Source: an uncultured Bacilli bacterium
GTDB lineage: Bacteria > Bacillota_I > Bacilli_A > ML615J-28 > CAG-313
Assembly (NCBI GenBank): GCA_944326155.1
Contig: CALVCV010000002.1
Span: forward strand, 4,514 to 68,513
DNA length: 64,000 bases
Direction: 5' to 3'
Shown here: one piece after another, positions 17,892 to 28,875 of the stretch
Numbering within the stretch: position 1 is the stretch's first letter
Layout: each line of letters starts with the position of its first letter
Notes under the pieces: model-generated
Told to the model about the DNA's origin: nothing
The model's input: only the letters and a program-made list of their open reading frames with translations
Database searches by the model: none
Program-made: the position numbers and the translations under genes

Positions 17892-17941
17892 GGGCACCCA
17901 AAAAAGGTGCACTTCCCGTTATACGGGATTTTTCTTTTTTT
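17892..17941 (+). promoter_or_regulatory. pyrG leader attenuator (GGGC initial transcribed sequence plus terminator hairpin)
   Basis: GGGC lies at 17892-17895, 6 nt after the -10 box. The hairpin TCCCGT tat ACGGGA (17914-17928) is followed by TTTTTCTTTTTTT. The C/U-rich 5' arm matches the B. subtilis pyrG arrangement. Confidence 0.6.
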
Positions 17942-17974
17942 AGTTAAAAAATTTACATGGAAAGGGTAGAAATT

Positions 17975-19591
17975 ATGGCAAAATATATATTTGTAACAGG
18001 TGGAGTAGTTTCAAGTTTAGGTAAAGGAATTGTTGCATCATCATTAGGTAGGTTATTAAAAAATCGTGGATTGAAAGTTTTTATGCAAAAGTTTGATCCT
18101 TATATTAATATTGATCCAGGAACAATGAGCCCTTATCAACATGGTGAAGTTTATGTAACAGTAGATGGAGCTGAAACGGATCTTGACTTGGGTCATTATG
18201 AAAGATTTATTGATGAAAATTTAACAAAAGAATCTTCCATTACATCTGGGAAAATTTATCAATCTGTTATTATGAAAGAAAGAGCTGGTGATTATTTGGG
18301 TAAAACAGTGCAAGTTATTCCTCATATTACTAATGAAATTAAGTCACACTTATTATCCGCTGAACTTGCTTCAAAGGCTGATGTCATTATTACAGAAATT
18401 GGCGGAACTGTAGGAGATATCGAATCTTTACCTTTTCTTGAAGCCATTAGACAGTGGCGAAGAGATGTAGGATATGAGAATACTTTTTACCTCCATACTA
18501 CTTTAGTTCCTTTTGTGAAAGCTGCATCAGAGTTAAAAACCAAACCTACACAACATAGCGTAAAAGAATTAAGATCACTTGGAATTCAACCAGATATGTT
18601 AGTTTTGCGTTCTGAAGTTGATATTAACGATGAATTAAAAGAAAAAATTTCATCTTTTTGTGATGTAGATAAAAAAGCAGTAATTGTATCCAAAGATGTT
18701 AAAATATTATATGAAGTAGCAAGTAACCTTTTCCATCAAGGGGCTGATCAATATATTTGTGATTTTTTTAAACTTCAAACTAAAAAATCAGATATGTCTG
18801 AATGGAATCAACTAATTAAGACTATCAAAAATTTGGCAGGTGAAGTAACAATTAGTTTAGTTGGAAAATATGTTCAATTACAAGATGCGTATTTATCAAT
18901 CAATGAAGCTTTAAAACATGCTGGGTATAAATATAGCAAAAAAATCAATATAAAATGGATTTTAGCTGACCTAATTACGGAAGACAATGTAGATGGATAC
19001 TTAAAGGATTCAGATGGTATTTTAGTTCCAGGTGGATTTGGTCCAAGAGGTATTGATGGTAAAATTCAAGCAATTAAATATGCAAGAGAAAATAAAATTC
19101 CTTTCCTTGGTATTTGTCTTGGTATGCAACTGGCAACAATTGAATTTGCAAGAAATGTTGTAGGTATTTTGGATGCAAATTCAACAGAATTATGTGAAAC
19201 AACAACAAATCCAATTATTGATTATTTACCAAATCAATATACAGGAATAAAACTTGGTGGAACCTTAAGATTAGGCTTATACAATTGCAGTATTAAAGAA
19301 AATACCAAAGCCTATGAAGCATACCAACAAACTTCAATTCAAGAGCGTCATCGTCATCGTTATGAATTTAATAATAAATATTTACACAAACTTCAAAATT
19401 CTGGTATGATTGTTAGTGGAATTAATCCCGAAACAGGACTTGTTGAGATTGTTGAAGTAAAAGATCATCCTTGGTTTTTGGCTTGTCAATTCCATCCTGA
19501 ATTTTCATCAAGACCAAATAGGGCTCATCCATTATTTAGTGAATTTATTCATCATTCTATAATGTATCGTATTCAAAAGAATAAAGAATAG
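17975..19591 (+). CDS. pyrG: CTP synthase
   Basis: The ORF is trimmed to [19 protein letters not shown]... . The GATase motifs GICLGMQ and QFHPEF are present. Confidence 0.97.
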   Translation: MAKYIFVTGGVVSSLGKGIVASSLGRLLKNRGLKVFMQKFDPYINIDPGTMSPYQHGEVYVTVDGAETDLDLGHYERFIDENLTKESSITSGKIYQSVIMKERAGDYLGKTVQVIPHITNEIKSHLLSAELASKADVIITEIGGTVGDIESLPFLEAIRQWRRDVGYENTFYLHTTLVPFVKAASELKTKPTQHSVKELRSLGIQPDMLVLRSEVDINDELKEKISSFCDVDKKAVIVSKDVKILYEVASNLFHQGADQYICDFFKLQTKKSDMSEWNQLIKTIKNLAGEVTISLVGKYVQLQDAYLSINEALKHAGYKYSKKINIKWILADLITEDNVDGYLKDSDGILVPGGFGPRGIDGKIQAIKYARENKIPFLGICLGMQLATIEFARNVVGILDANSTELCETTTNPIIDYLPNQYTGIKLGGTLRLGLYNCSIKENTKAYEAYQQTSIQERHRHRYEFNNKYLHKLQNSGMIVSGINPETGLVEIVEVKDHPWFLACQFHPEFSSRPNRAHPLFSEFIHHSIMYRIQKNKE

Positions 19592-19605
19592 TGAAAATAG
19601 TTTAT

Positions 19606-19636
19606 AAAAAAGCAGTATTTAAATACTGCTTTTTTA
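19606..19636. terminator. Bidirectional terminator between pyrG and pfp
   Basis: AAAAAGCAGTATTTAAATACTGCTTTTT is a perfect palindrome with A and T runs. Confidence 0.8.
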
Positions 19637-20866
19637 TAGGTTAATTTTTTGTTTTTTTAATTTAGCAAAGGTTGGCATACCATTTGTATAAACAATTTTA
19701 GGCTCTTTTTGTATTAAAGGTAGCGCATATTCAATGAAATCATTTGTAATATTACATCCATCACTAGAAATAAAGTGCATAGGGACTGCTTTTACTTTAT
19801 TTGCTACGCTGGATAAATCTACTAACTCATACTTTACTTTATAAGGATAAGTAGAAACTCGTTTAATGGATACCATTTTACCTGTAAAATTTAAAGTAGC
19901 ATATTGAAGTGCTTTTTTGCCACAATGATATGCCTCATTGATATCAGTAAGTGATGCAATATGAGAAGAACATCTTTGAGGAATATTAAGTTCAATACTT
20001 CTAATTGGAAGATTCAATTTTTTATTAATTGCTTCAGCAATAACTTGGCCAACTCCTCCTAATTGAAGATGACCGAAATTATCGCAACTATTAAATTGAC
20101 GATAAGTTAAAATATAATTTTTATTTTTATCTTTAATTCCTTCTGATAAAGCAATAAGAGCATGACCTTTCTTTTCATAAATTATTTTAACTTTATGTAA
20201 AAAGTCTTCTAAATCAAAAGGAATTTCTGGCAAATAGATTAAATCAGGACCATTATTAGAAAGACTAGCAAGTTTACTACCAGCAGTTAGCCATCCGGCA
20301 TCACGTCCCATTATTTCGACAATTGTAACTTTACCTTTTTTATAACATTCAATATCTTGATAGATTTCCGCAATGGTTGTCGCAATATATTTAATACTTG
20401 AACCATACCCTGGCGCGTGATCTGTATATACTAAATCATTATCAATGGTCTTAGGTACGCCAATGACATTACATTCAAAAGCAATATTTTTAAAATATTG
20501 ACTAATTTTATTGCAAGTATCCATTGAATCATTACCACCAATAAAGAAAAAGAATTTAATATCTAGTTTGGTAAATATTTCGACAATCTTTTTATACACT
20601 TTATCATTTATTTTATAATCATCTAGTTTAAAACGGGAAGAACCAAGAATTGAACTAGGTGTTGTTTTTAATAAAGATAGTGTTTCTTTACTTTCTACTG
20701 CTAAATCAATAATGCGATGTTCTAAAAGTCCATCTATACCATTTAATAAGCCATAAACATTTGTTACTAAAGGGTTTTGGAGAGCTTCTTCAATTATGCC
20801 CGCAAGACTTGCATTGATAACGGATGTAGGACCACCTGATTGACCAATTAAAACCGAACCTTTCAT
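19634..20866 (-). CDS. pfp: Phosphofructokinase, PPi-dependent-type signature
   Basis: This is a PfkA-family protein (QSGGPTSVINAS). The motifs IGGNDS and GVPKTIDND carry Asp and Lys at the positions equivalent to E. coli Gly104 and Gly124. Those residues mark PPi-dependent enzymes. Confidence 0.75.
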   Translation of the reverse strand: MKGSVLIGQSGGPTSVINASLAGIIEEALQNPLVTNVYGLLNGIDGLLEHRIIDLAVESKETLSLLKTTPSSILGSSRFKLDDYKINDKVYKKIVEIFTKLDIKFFFFIGGNDSMDTCNKISQYFKNIAFECNVIGVPKTIDNDLVYTDHAPGYGSSIKYIATTIAEIYQDIECYKKGKVTIVEIMGRDAGWLTAGSKLASLSNNGPDLIYLPEIPFDLEDFLHKVKIIYEKKGHALIALSEGIKDKNKNYILTYRQFNSCDNFGHLQLGGVGQVIAEAINKKLNLPIRSIELNIPQRCSSHIASLTDINEAYHCGKKALQYATLNFTGKMVSIKRVSTYPYKVKYELVDLSSVANKVKAVPMHFISSDGCNITNDFIEYALPLIQKEPKIVYTNGMPTFAKLKKQKINL

Positions 20867-20933
20867 AAATATACCTCTTTTCCCACATATTTTAACTTAA
20901 ATATTTTTTCTGGTAAAGTAAAAAGCCTTATGA

Positions 20934-20966
20934 AAAAAGCATTCTTTTTTTAAAAGAATGCTTTTT
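20934..20966. terminator. Terminator after the uracil permease gene
   Basis: AAAAAGCATTCTTTT ttt AAAAGAATGCTTTTT. Confidence 0.8.
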
Positions 20967-20979
20967 AATTTAATGTAAT

Positions 20980-22374
20980 TTACTTTAAATTCAATTCTTG
21001 GTCTGCTATTTTTTCTTTTGGTAAAGTCACATTTAATAAGATACCAAAAATAGTTGCAAGAGCCATACCTGAAAATTGAATATTATTTGTAATTTTTAAG
21101 GCACCAGCACCAAGACCAATAACTAACATAACAGATACAATGATTAAGTTTCTAGTACTTGTCATATCAACTTTTGCATCAATCAAAGTCTTTAAGCCAT
21201 TTGATGCAATAAAGCCATAAAGAATAAGACAAACACCACCCATAACTGCTGTTGGAATAGAAGCAATTAAAGTGGTAACAATATTACTAAATGATAATAA
21301 AATGGCAATCACAGCAGCTCCACCTGTCACCCATACAGAACCAATCTTTGTCATGCCTACGACAGATGTATTTTCACCATATGAAGTATTTGCAGGACCA
21401 CCAATAAAGCTAGCTACTGCTGTAGCAATACCATCACCAAGAAGAGTTCTATGAAGCCCAGGATTTGTTAAATAGTCTTTTTGGGTAATACTACCTAAAA
21501 CTTTATGATCACCGATATGTTCACAAATTGTAACAAATGATAGAGGAATAACTGATATAGCAGCTGAAAAATTAATTTGTGTCATTGTAACACCAGCACC
21601 AAGTTCCGCATCTTTCCAACCAAGGAAAATAAATTTAGGTAAACCAAACCAATTGGCTGGGTGGATGATAACATCTTTAATAGGTTCCCAATTAATTAAC
21701 GTACCGCAGTCTTTATTTGGAATAAAGCTAATTAAAATGGCAGCAACATAGCCAATAATAATACCAACTAGGAAAGGAACTACTTTTAAAAAACCTTTTG
21801 CTTTAATGGAAATAAAAGCAATGGAAAACATTGTAATGATTGCAACGACAACCATTCGCCAATCATATAAAACTTCTGGTGTTTCGCCACAAATTTCACA
21901 AGGTGTTGGGGTAAAATAGAATCCAGCGTTTTTTACGGCGTTTGCCGCGAGCCCTAGGCCAATAACAATAATGGTAGGACCAATAACGACGGGAGGTAAT
22001 AATTTATTAAGCCAATTTACACCGACAATTCTGATAATGATGGCAACCACAACATAAACAAGACCTACAATAACTAGACCAGTTAGAGCAGAACCATAAT
22101 TACCACCCGAAGTAAGGGTTGCTGTTTGGATATAAGAGATATAAGCAAAACTTGAACCTAGATAAATAGGTACTCTTGCTTTAGTACATAGGATATAGAT
22201 TAATGTACCAATACCAGAAGCAAATAGAGCAGTTGAAATAGGTAAACCAGTTAATAAAGGTACCAACACAGTTGCACTAAACATAGCAAAAACATGTTGA
22301 AAACTAAGCGCAAGCCATTTTCCAAAACTTGGACGATCGTTTGCGTCAAGAATTAAATTTTTGTCTTCTTTCAT
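20980..22374 (-). CDS. NCS2/NAT-family nucleobase permease, uracil-type (UraA/PyrP-like)
   Basis: Seen: ...LSFQHVFAMFSATVLVPLLTG... and the NAT signature GENTSVVGMTK (Glu-Asn as in UraA). The start is set at Met9 (22374) because AAGGAGG lies 5 nt upstream. The ATG at 22398 has no SD and directly abuts the leader T-run. Confidence 0.75.
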   Translation of the reverse strand: MKEDKNLILDANDRPSFGKWLALSFQHVFAMFSATVLVPLLTGLPISTALFASGIGTLIYILCTKARVPIYLGSSFAYISYIQTATLTSGGNYGSALTGLVIVGLVYVVVAIIIRIVGVNWLNKLLPPVVIGPTIIVIGLGLAANAVKNAGFYFTPTPCEICGETPEVLYDWRMVVVAIITMFSIAFISIKAKGFLKVVPFLVGIIIGYVAAILISFIPNKDCGTLINWEPIKDVIIHPANWFGLPKFIFLGWKDAELGAGVTMTQINFSAAISVIPLSFVTICEHIGDHKVLGSITQKDYLTNPGLHRTLLGDGIATAVASFIGGPANTSYGENTSVVGMTKIGSVWVTGGAAVIAILLSFSNIVTTLIASIPTAVMGGVCLILYGFIASNGLKTLIDAKVDMTSTRNLIIVSVMLVIGLGAGALKITNNIQFSGMALATIFGILLNVTLPKEKIADQELNLK

Positions 22375-22398
22375 TTTTTCCTCCTTTTTATATTCCAT

Positions 22399-22450
22399 AA
22401 AAAAAGGAGATAAAGATTATGATATAATCTAAATCTCCTCATCTCCTTTT
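22399..22450 (-). promoter_or_regulatory. Leader hairpin with U-run (attenuator/terminator-like) upstream of the uracil permease
   Basis: The minus strand reads AAAAGGAGAUGA GGAGAUUUAGAUUAU auc AUAAUCUUUAUCUCC UUUUUUU. A duplicated AGGAGAU segment offers an alternative pairing partner. Confidence 0.55.
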
Positions 22451-22597
22451 CTATTGGTGTAAAATCATTTATTTTTAACGCTTTTAAAATAAGACGCTAT
22501 TTTTAATGTTTTACTAGTCAAGCATTATAATAAAAAATTTTTTATTTGCAAATAAAATACAATTTTTTTCGTAAAAAAATGTTTTTAGAGCCTTTAA

Positions 22598-22626
22598 TTG
22601 AAAAAAAACGTTAATTATGATACAAT
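22598..22626 (+). promoter_or_regulatory. Promoter
   Basis: TTGAAA, a 17-nt spacer, then TACAAT, with TG at 22618-22619. Confidence 0.55.
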
Positions 22627-22642
22627 ATCACTAGGTGATAAT

Positions 22643-23368
22643 ATGGAAAAATTTTTAGAAGAAGTAAAACGAATTTTAACTCAAATTACCATAGAAGAAA
22701 AAGAACATATTGAAAAAGCTGCCAAAATGATGTATGATGCTTTGGTTCAAGATCAATTGATACATGTATTTGCGACAGGACATTCGCATATGTTTTGTGA
22801 AGAATTATTTTATCGCTCTGGGGGATTGGTAGGGATTAATCCTATTTTAGAACCTTTCTTAATGCAACATGAGGGAGCGATTAGAAGTACAAAATTTGAA
22901 AGAATGCCAGGAATTGCCAAAATTCTTTTTGAATCCATCAATGTACAAGAAAAAGAACCATTTATTATTGTTTCAAATTCAGGGATTAATAGTGTTCCCG
23001 TTGAAATGGCTGAAATTGTTAAAGCAAATAATCATCCATTAATTGTTGTAACAAGCCTTGCTATCTCTAAAAATAGTAAGCCACGTACAAAAGATAACAA
23101 AAAGTTATATGAAATAGCCGATATTGCTATTGACAATCATATTCCATATGGTGATGGTGTATTTGATTATCGAGGAACCAAAATAGGTTCAGTATCAAGC
23201 CTTGCGAGCAACTATATCGCTCAAAGTTTAGTATTAGAAATTATCAAATTATATAATCAAAATAAGATAGTTGCTCCTATTTTTCAAAGTGCAAATACAA
23301 TTGGTGGCGATGAACATAATAAAATATTATATCAAAAATATATAAATCGTATAAAAAATTTATACTAG
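22643..23368 (+). CDS. SIS (sugar isomerase) domain protein, UPF0309-like
   Basis: The ORF is trimmed to MEKFLEEV..., which follows AGGTGA. Seen: HVFATGHSHMFCEELFYRSGGL and ...IVSNSGINSVPVE. Confidence 0.6.
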   Translation: MEKFLEEVKRILTQITIEEKEHIEKAAKMMYDALVQDQLIHVFATGHSHMFCEELFYRSGGLVGINPILEPFLMQHEGAIRSTKFERMPGIAKILFESINVQEKEPFIIVSNSGINSVPVEMAEIVKANNHPLIVVTSLAISKNSKPRTKDNKKLYEIADIAIDNHIPYGDGVFDYRGTKIGSVSSLASNYIAQSLVLEIIKLYNQNKIVAPIFQSANTIGGDEHNKILYQKYINRIKNLY

Positions 23369-23377
23369 GTAAAAAAT

Positions 23378-23830
23378 ATGGAAAATAATATATATTATTT
23401 AGTAGGAAAAATAATTGAAAACGTTCAAGATATTGAATACAATTTAATAGAAGGTACCAAAATTGCTAGAATATTAAATGTTTTTGAAAGACATAAAAAG
23501 GTATCTCCTACCTATTTTCATAAGATTGAAATGGATACCAAAAGATTAGTAGATGAAATGGTAAATATGACTTTTGGCCAATTGATGGGCATCGTACGAC
23601 AAAATGAGTTTTTATCAAGTGATGATATGGATTATTTAGAAAGTTTATTATCCAAGAGAAATCAACTCGTTCATCAATATTTTAAATACAATGAAATGAA
23701 TCAAGCAAGTGAAGAAGTAAAAACAAAATATTTGCTTCATTTTTTAGAAGAGGCACAAGCTTTTAAAAAATATTTAAATGATGTCATTTTAGAATTAAAG
23801 AAAGATTTAAAAAATATAATATACAAATAG
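23378..23830 (+). CDS. Small helical protein with a DUF86/HepT-like HEPN motif
   Basis: The 150-aa product carries LLSKRNQLVHQYF, which fits R-N-x3-H-x-Y (residues 94-101; nt 23657-23680). Position and context match the HEPN Rx4-6H motif. Confidence 0.5.
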   Translation: MENNIYYLVGKIIENVQDIEYNLIEGTKIARILNVFERHKKVSPTYFHKIEMDTKRLVDEMVNMTFGQLMGIVRQNEFLSSDDMDYLESLLSKRNQLVHQYFKYNEMNQASEEVKTKYLLHFLEEAQAFKKYLNDVILELKKDLKNIIYK

Positions 23831-23838
23831 GGGTTAAC

Positions 23839-25563
23839 ATGAAAGCAAAGCACGAATTATTAACAAAAAAATATATCATAACTTATTTAGCATATTTACT
23901 TGTTATTGTTTTGTATTGGTATTTTAAACTTCCTTTTTTTAACTTTAGAAGTGTGGAGTTTTATATTTATTTAATGATTGTTTTTTCACTTCCTATTGCA
24001 ATCCTTTATGCATGTATTAAAAAGAAATTTGAAAAGAAAGAAAAAAATACTGTATATACTACATATATCTATAAAAAAGGTCGTTTTGAAAAAGTAACAA
24101 GAAATATTGAAGAAAAGTATCAATTTAGTACACTTGTTTTTAAAGGAATCTTTTTAGTAATTTTGTTTTTTATCATAGTCATTATGTTATTTAGTTTAAC
24201 TGGCCTTAAAATTTTTAATGCTAAACGTTATGCAAATCAATTAGAGATTAAAGAAGGCAATCGTGATGATTTAAATACGGTCTTTGATTATAATGCTAAA
24301 GAAGTATTATTGCCACTTATTGATAAAGATTTAGCTTTTCGCTTAGCAGAGGCTCGTCTAGATAAATATGGTTCACAATTTTCCATTGATTATGAGAATT
24401 TTACTTTGATTAGTGTCAATCGAGGTGGTCAAACAGAACTACTTAGAGTTACACCTTTAGAATATGCAACCCCATTTGTTGCCTTATCTAGAGGAGATAA
24501 AGGCACAATGGGATATATTGAAGTAAATGTTATTACTCAAGAAGCAAAACTTATTACATACCCTGAAGGCGAAGGACTAAAATATATGCCATCTGGTATT
24601 TTTGATAAGGATTTAGATCGTCATATTCGTACTAAATATCCTGCATTAATTTATAAAAATAAATATTTTGAAATTGATAACGAAGGTAATCCATATTGGG
24701 TTATTCCTACTTTAAAAAAAGAAATTGGTGTTTTTTCTGGCGATACACCAAAAGGAGTACTAGTAGTTGACCCAAGAAGTGGTGATATGAATCATTATGC
24801 TTTAGAAGATGATACAAAGCCTACATGGCTTCAAAGAGCGGTGGATGAACAAATATTAGCTATGCAAGCTAATCATGCTTTAACATATAAAAATGGTTTT
24901 TGGAATACGTTGTTTGCTAAAAAAGAAGTATTTCAGTTAAGTGATGGATATAATTATTTTATTAAAGATGGGAATACTTATTATGTATCATGTGTTACTT
25001 CACCAAATGCTAACGATCAAACTTCAATTGGTTTTATCACAATTAATTTAAAAACCAAGGAAAGTAGTTTTTATAGTAATCCTGGTATTACTGAAATGCG
25101 TGCAAGAGAAATTGCGCAAAATGATGAAAGAGTTAAAGCCCAAAAATTATCTTCTACATGGCCAATCCTTATCACTTATCATAATGAACCAACTTACTTT
25201 GTAGTTTTAAAAAATGATGTTTTATCGCAAAAGATTGCTTTAATCAATGTTGAAGATGGAACCTTAGTTGCAATTGGGGATACGCTAGATGCTGCAAAAC
25301 AAGAATATGAGTCATTACTTGCCAATGAAGGGGCAATTACGCCATCGGAAGAAGAAAAAGAAGTTGTAACAGTTACTAGAATTAGAGATTTAGGTAATAA
25401 AATTCAGTTTATGACTGTGGAACATCAAGATGTCTATTTTGAAGTAGATGTTAATTTAAGTTTAGATGCTAGATTTTTACAAATTGGAGATGTTATTGAA
25501 ATTACTTATAAAAAGAATGTAGACTATAATCTAGTATTATTATTAACTAAAATTAAAGAATAA
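23839..25563 (+). CDS. Hypothetical membrane protein with a large extracytoplasmic domain
   Basis: There are three N-terminal TM helices followed by ~450 soluble residues. I recognise no family. Confidence 0.6.
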   Translation: MKAKHELLTKKYIITYLAYLLVIVLYWYFKLPFFNFRSVEFYIYLMIVFSLPIAILYACIKKKFEKKEKNTVYTTYIYKKGRFEKVTRNIEEKYQFSTLVFKGIFLVILFFIIVIMLFSLTGLKIFNAKRYANQLEIKEGNRDDLNTVFDYNAKEVLLPLIDKDLAFRLAEARLDKYGSQFSIDYENFTLISVNRGGQTELLRVTPLEYATPFVALSRGDKGTMGYIEVNVITQEAKLITYPEGEGLKYMPSGIFDKDLDRHIRTKYPALIYKNKYFEIDNEGNPYWVIPTLKKEIGVFSGDTPKGVLVVDPRSGDMNHYALEDDTKPTWLQRAVDEQILAMQANHALTYKNGFWNTLFAKKEVFQLSDGYNYFIKDGNTYYVSCVTSPNANDQTSIGFITINLKTKESSFYSNPGITEMRAREIAQNDERVKAQKLSSTWPILITYHNEPTYFVVLKNDVLSQKIALINVEDGTLVAIGDTLDAAKQEYESLLANEGAITPSEEEKEVVTVTRIRDLGNKIQFMTVEHQDVYFEVDVNLSLDARFLQIGDVIEITYKKNVDYNLVLLLTKIKE

Positions 25564-25569
25564 AAATGA

Positions 25570-25603
25570 AGTAAGCCTACTTAAAGGTAGACTTACTTTT
25601 TTT
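25570..25603 (+). terminator. Rho-independent terminator
   Basis: AAGTAAGcCTAC ttaaag GTAGaCTTACTT plus a T-run. Confidence 0.7.
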
Positions 25604-25661
25604 AAAAAAAATAAAAGTTAAAAACAAATAGAAGATTAAAACGTTTTCGTAAAATTAAAAA

Positions 25662-25690
25662 TTGACAATAAAAATTTATTCATTTATAAT
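25662..25690 (+). promoter_or_regulatory. guaB promoter
   Basis: TTGACA (25662-25667), a 17-nt spacer, then TATAAT (25685-25690). Confidence 0.7.
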
Positions 25691-25723
25691 ATTGACAAAT
25701 ATTTTTAGCAGAAGAGGTGAAAT

Positions 25724-27193
<1,470 letters not shown>

Positions 27194-27204
27194 GGAGGTA
27201 GCAG

Positions 27205-28743
27205 ATGAAAAATTATGATCAAATTTTAGTATTTGATTTTGGCAGCCAATATAATCAATTGATTGTAAGAAGAATCAGAGAAATGGGTGTATATGCTAAC
27301 TTAGTTTCTTATGATATAAGTATTGATGAAGTAAAAAAAATTTCAAACTTAAAAGGTATTATTTTAAGTGGGGGGCCCCATTCTGTTTATGATGAAGATG
27401 CTTTTGGTTGTAACAAAGAGATTTTTGCTTTAGAAATTCCTGTTCTTGGTATTTGTTATGGCATGCAACTTATTGCTAAAACATTTGGGGCTACAATTAA
27501 CAAATCGGTAACATCTGAATATGGTAAAATTCAAATTGAAGTTGATGAAAATAACCCTTTATTTCAGAAATTACCGAAAATACAAACGGTTTGGATGAGC
27601 CATGGCGATTATGTGAAAACTTTACCACAAGGCTTTTCCAAAATTGCAAGTTCAAAAAATTGTAAATTAGCAAGTATTGCAAATGAAAACAAAAAAATTT
27701 ATGCGGTTCAATTTCATCCTGAAGTAAGACATACTATTTATGGAAATGAAATTCTCCATCATTTTGTTTTTGATATTTGTCATGCCGAAGCAAACTGGAA
27801 AATGGCAAACTTTATTGATGAAGAAATTGCAAAGATTCAAAACGAAGTCAAAAATAAAAAAGTTTTATGTGCGTTATCAGGTGGGGTGGATTCCGCTGTT
27901 GTTGCAATACTCATCCATAAGGCTATTGGCAATCAGTTAACTTGTATGTTTATTGATAATGGTTTATTACGAAAAGATGAAGCGTTCGCAGTGATGAAAG
28001 TATTTCAAGAAGATTTCAAAATAAAAGTGATTCAAATAGATGCTAGTAAAAACTTTTTAACAAAATTAAAAGGCGTAGTTAATCCTGAAGAAAAAAGAAA
28101 AATTATTGGTCATGAATTTATTCATATCTTTGAAAAAGAAGCCAAAAGGCTTGGAAAATTTGATTATTTAGCTCAAGGTACTTTGTATACAGATATTATA
28201 GAGTCAGGTACTAAAACTGCTCAAACAATTAAATCTCATCACAATGTAGGTGGACTTCCTCAAAATATGCATTTTAAACTAATAGAACCACTTCATACCT
28301 TATTTAAAGATGAAGTTAGAAAATTGGGATTAGAATTAGGTTTATCTAGTAAAATTATAAATCGTCAGCCTTTTCCAGGACCTGGTCTTGCAATTCGAAT
28401 TTTAGGAGAAGTAACAGAAGAAAAATTAGCAATTGTTCGCGAAAGTGATTTTATTTTAAGGGAAGAAATAGCAAAAGCAGGCTTAGAAAGAGATATATGG
28501 CAATATTTTACAGTGCTACCTAATATTACTAGTGTAGGTGTGATGGGAGACCAAAGGACTTACGCATATACGATTGCTATTAGAACTGTGACATCTATTG
28601 ATGGGATGACTGCTGATTGGGCCAAAATACCATATGATGTTTTAGAAAAAATTTCAACTAGAATTGTAAATGAAGTGCAAAAAGTCAATCGCGTAGTCTA
28701 TGATATCACATCAAAACCACCTTCAACTATTGAGTGGGAATAA
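27205..28743 (+). CDS. guaA: GMP synthase (glutamine-hydrolysing)
   Basis: GATase motifs GICYGMQ and QFHPEV are present, with the ATP-PPase motif SGGVDS and the C-terminal end ...PPSTIEWE. Confidence 0.97.
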   Translation: MKNYDQILVFDFGSQYNQLIVRRIREMGVYANLVSYDISIDEVKKISNLKGIILSGGPHSVYDEDAFGCNKEIFALEIPVLGICYGMQLIAKTFGATINKSVTSEYGKIQIEVDENNPLFQKLPKIQTVWMSHGDYVKTLPQGFSKIASSKNCKLASIANENKKIYAVQFHPEVRHTIYGNEILHHFVFDICHAEANWKMANFIDEEIAKIQNEVKNKKVLCALSGGVDSAVVAILIHKAIGNQLTCMFIDNGLLRKDEAFAVMKVFQEDFKIKVIQIDASKNFLTKLKGVVNPEEKRKIIGHEFIHIFEKEAKRLGKFDYLAQGTLYTDIIESGTKTAQTIKSHHNVGGLPQNMHFKLIEPLHTLFKDEVRKLGLELGLSSKIINRQPFPGPGLAIRILGEVTEEKLAIVRESDFILREEIAKAGLERDIWQYFTVLPNITSVGVMGDQRTYAYTIAIRTVTSIDGMTADWAKIPYDVLEKISTRIVNEVQKVNRVVYDITSKPPSTIEWE

Positions 28744-28750
28744 AATAATA

Positions 28751-28787
28751 AAAAGAGTTATCAAAACAAAAAAAGTAACTCTTTTTT
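28751..28787 (+). terminator. Rho-independent terminator
   Basis: AAAAGAGTTA ... TAACTCTTTTTT. Confidence 0.7.
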
Positions 28788-28875
28788 ATATGTAATGAAA
28801 AAGGTTTAATAAGTAAATCATGAGTAAAAAAAAAACAAAATATGGTATAATATGAGAAGAAAGTTAGGTATCAAT

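Noticed and set aside
22399-22560. A PyrR binding loop or a known riboswitch in the uracil permease leader.
   Set aside because: I could not find the conserved UCCAGAGAGG-type PyrR loop or any riboswitch core that I recognise. Only the terminator-like hairpin is reported.
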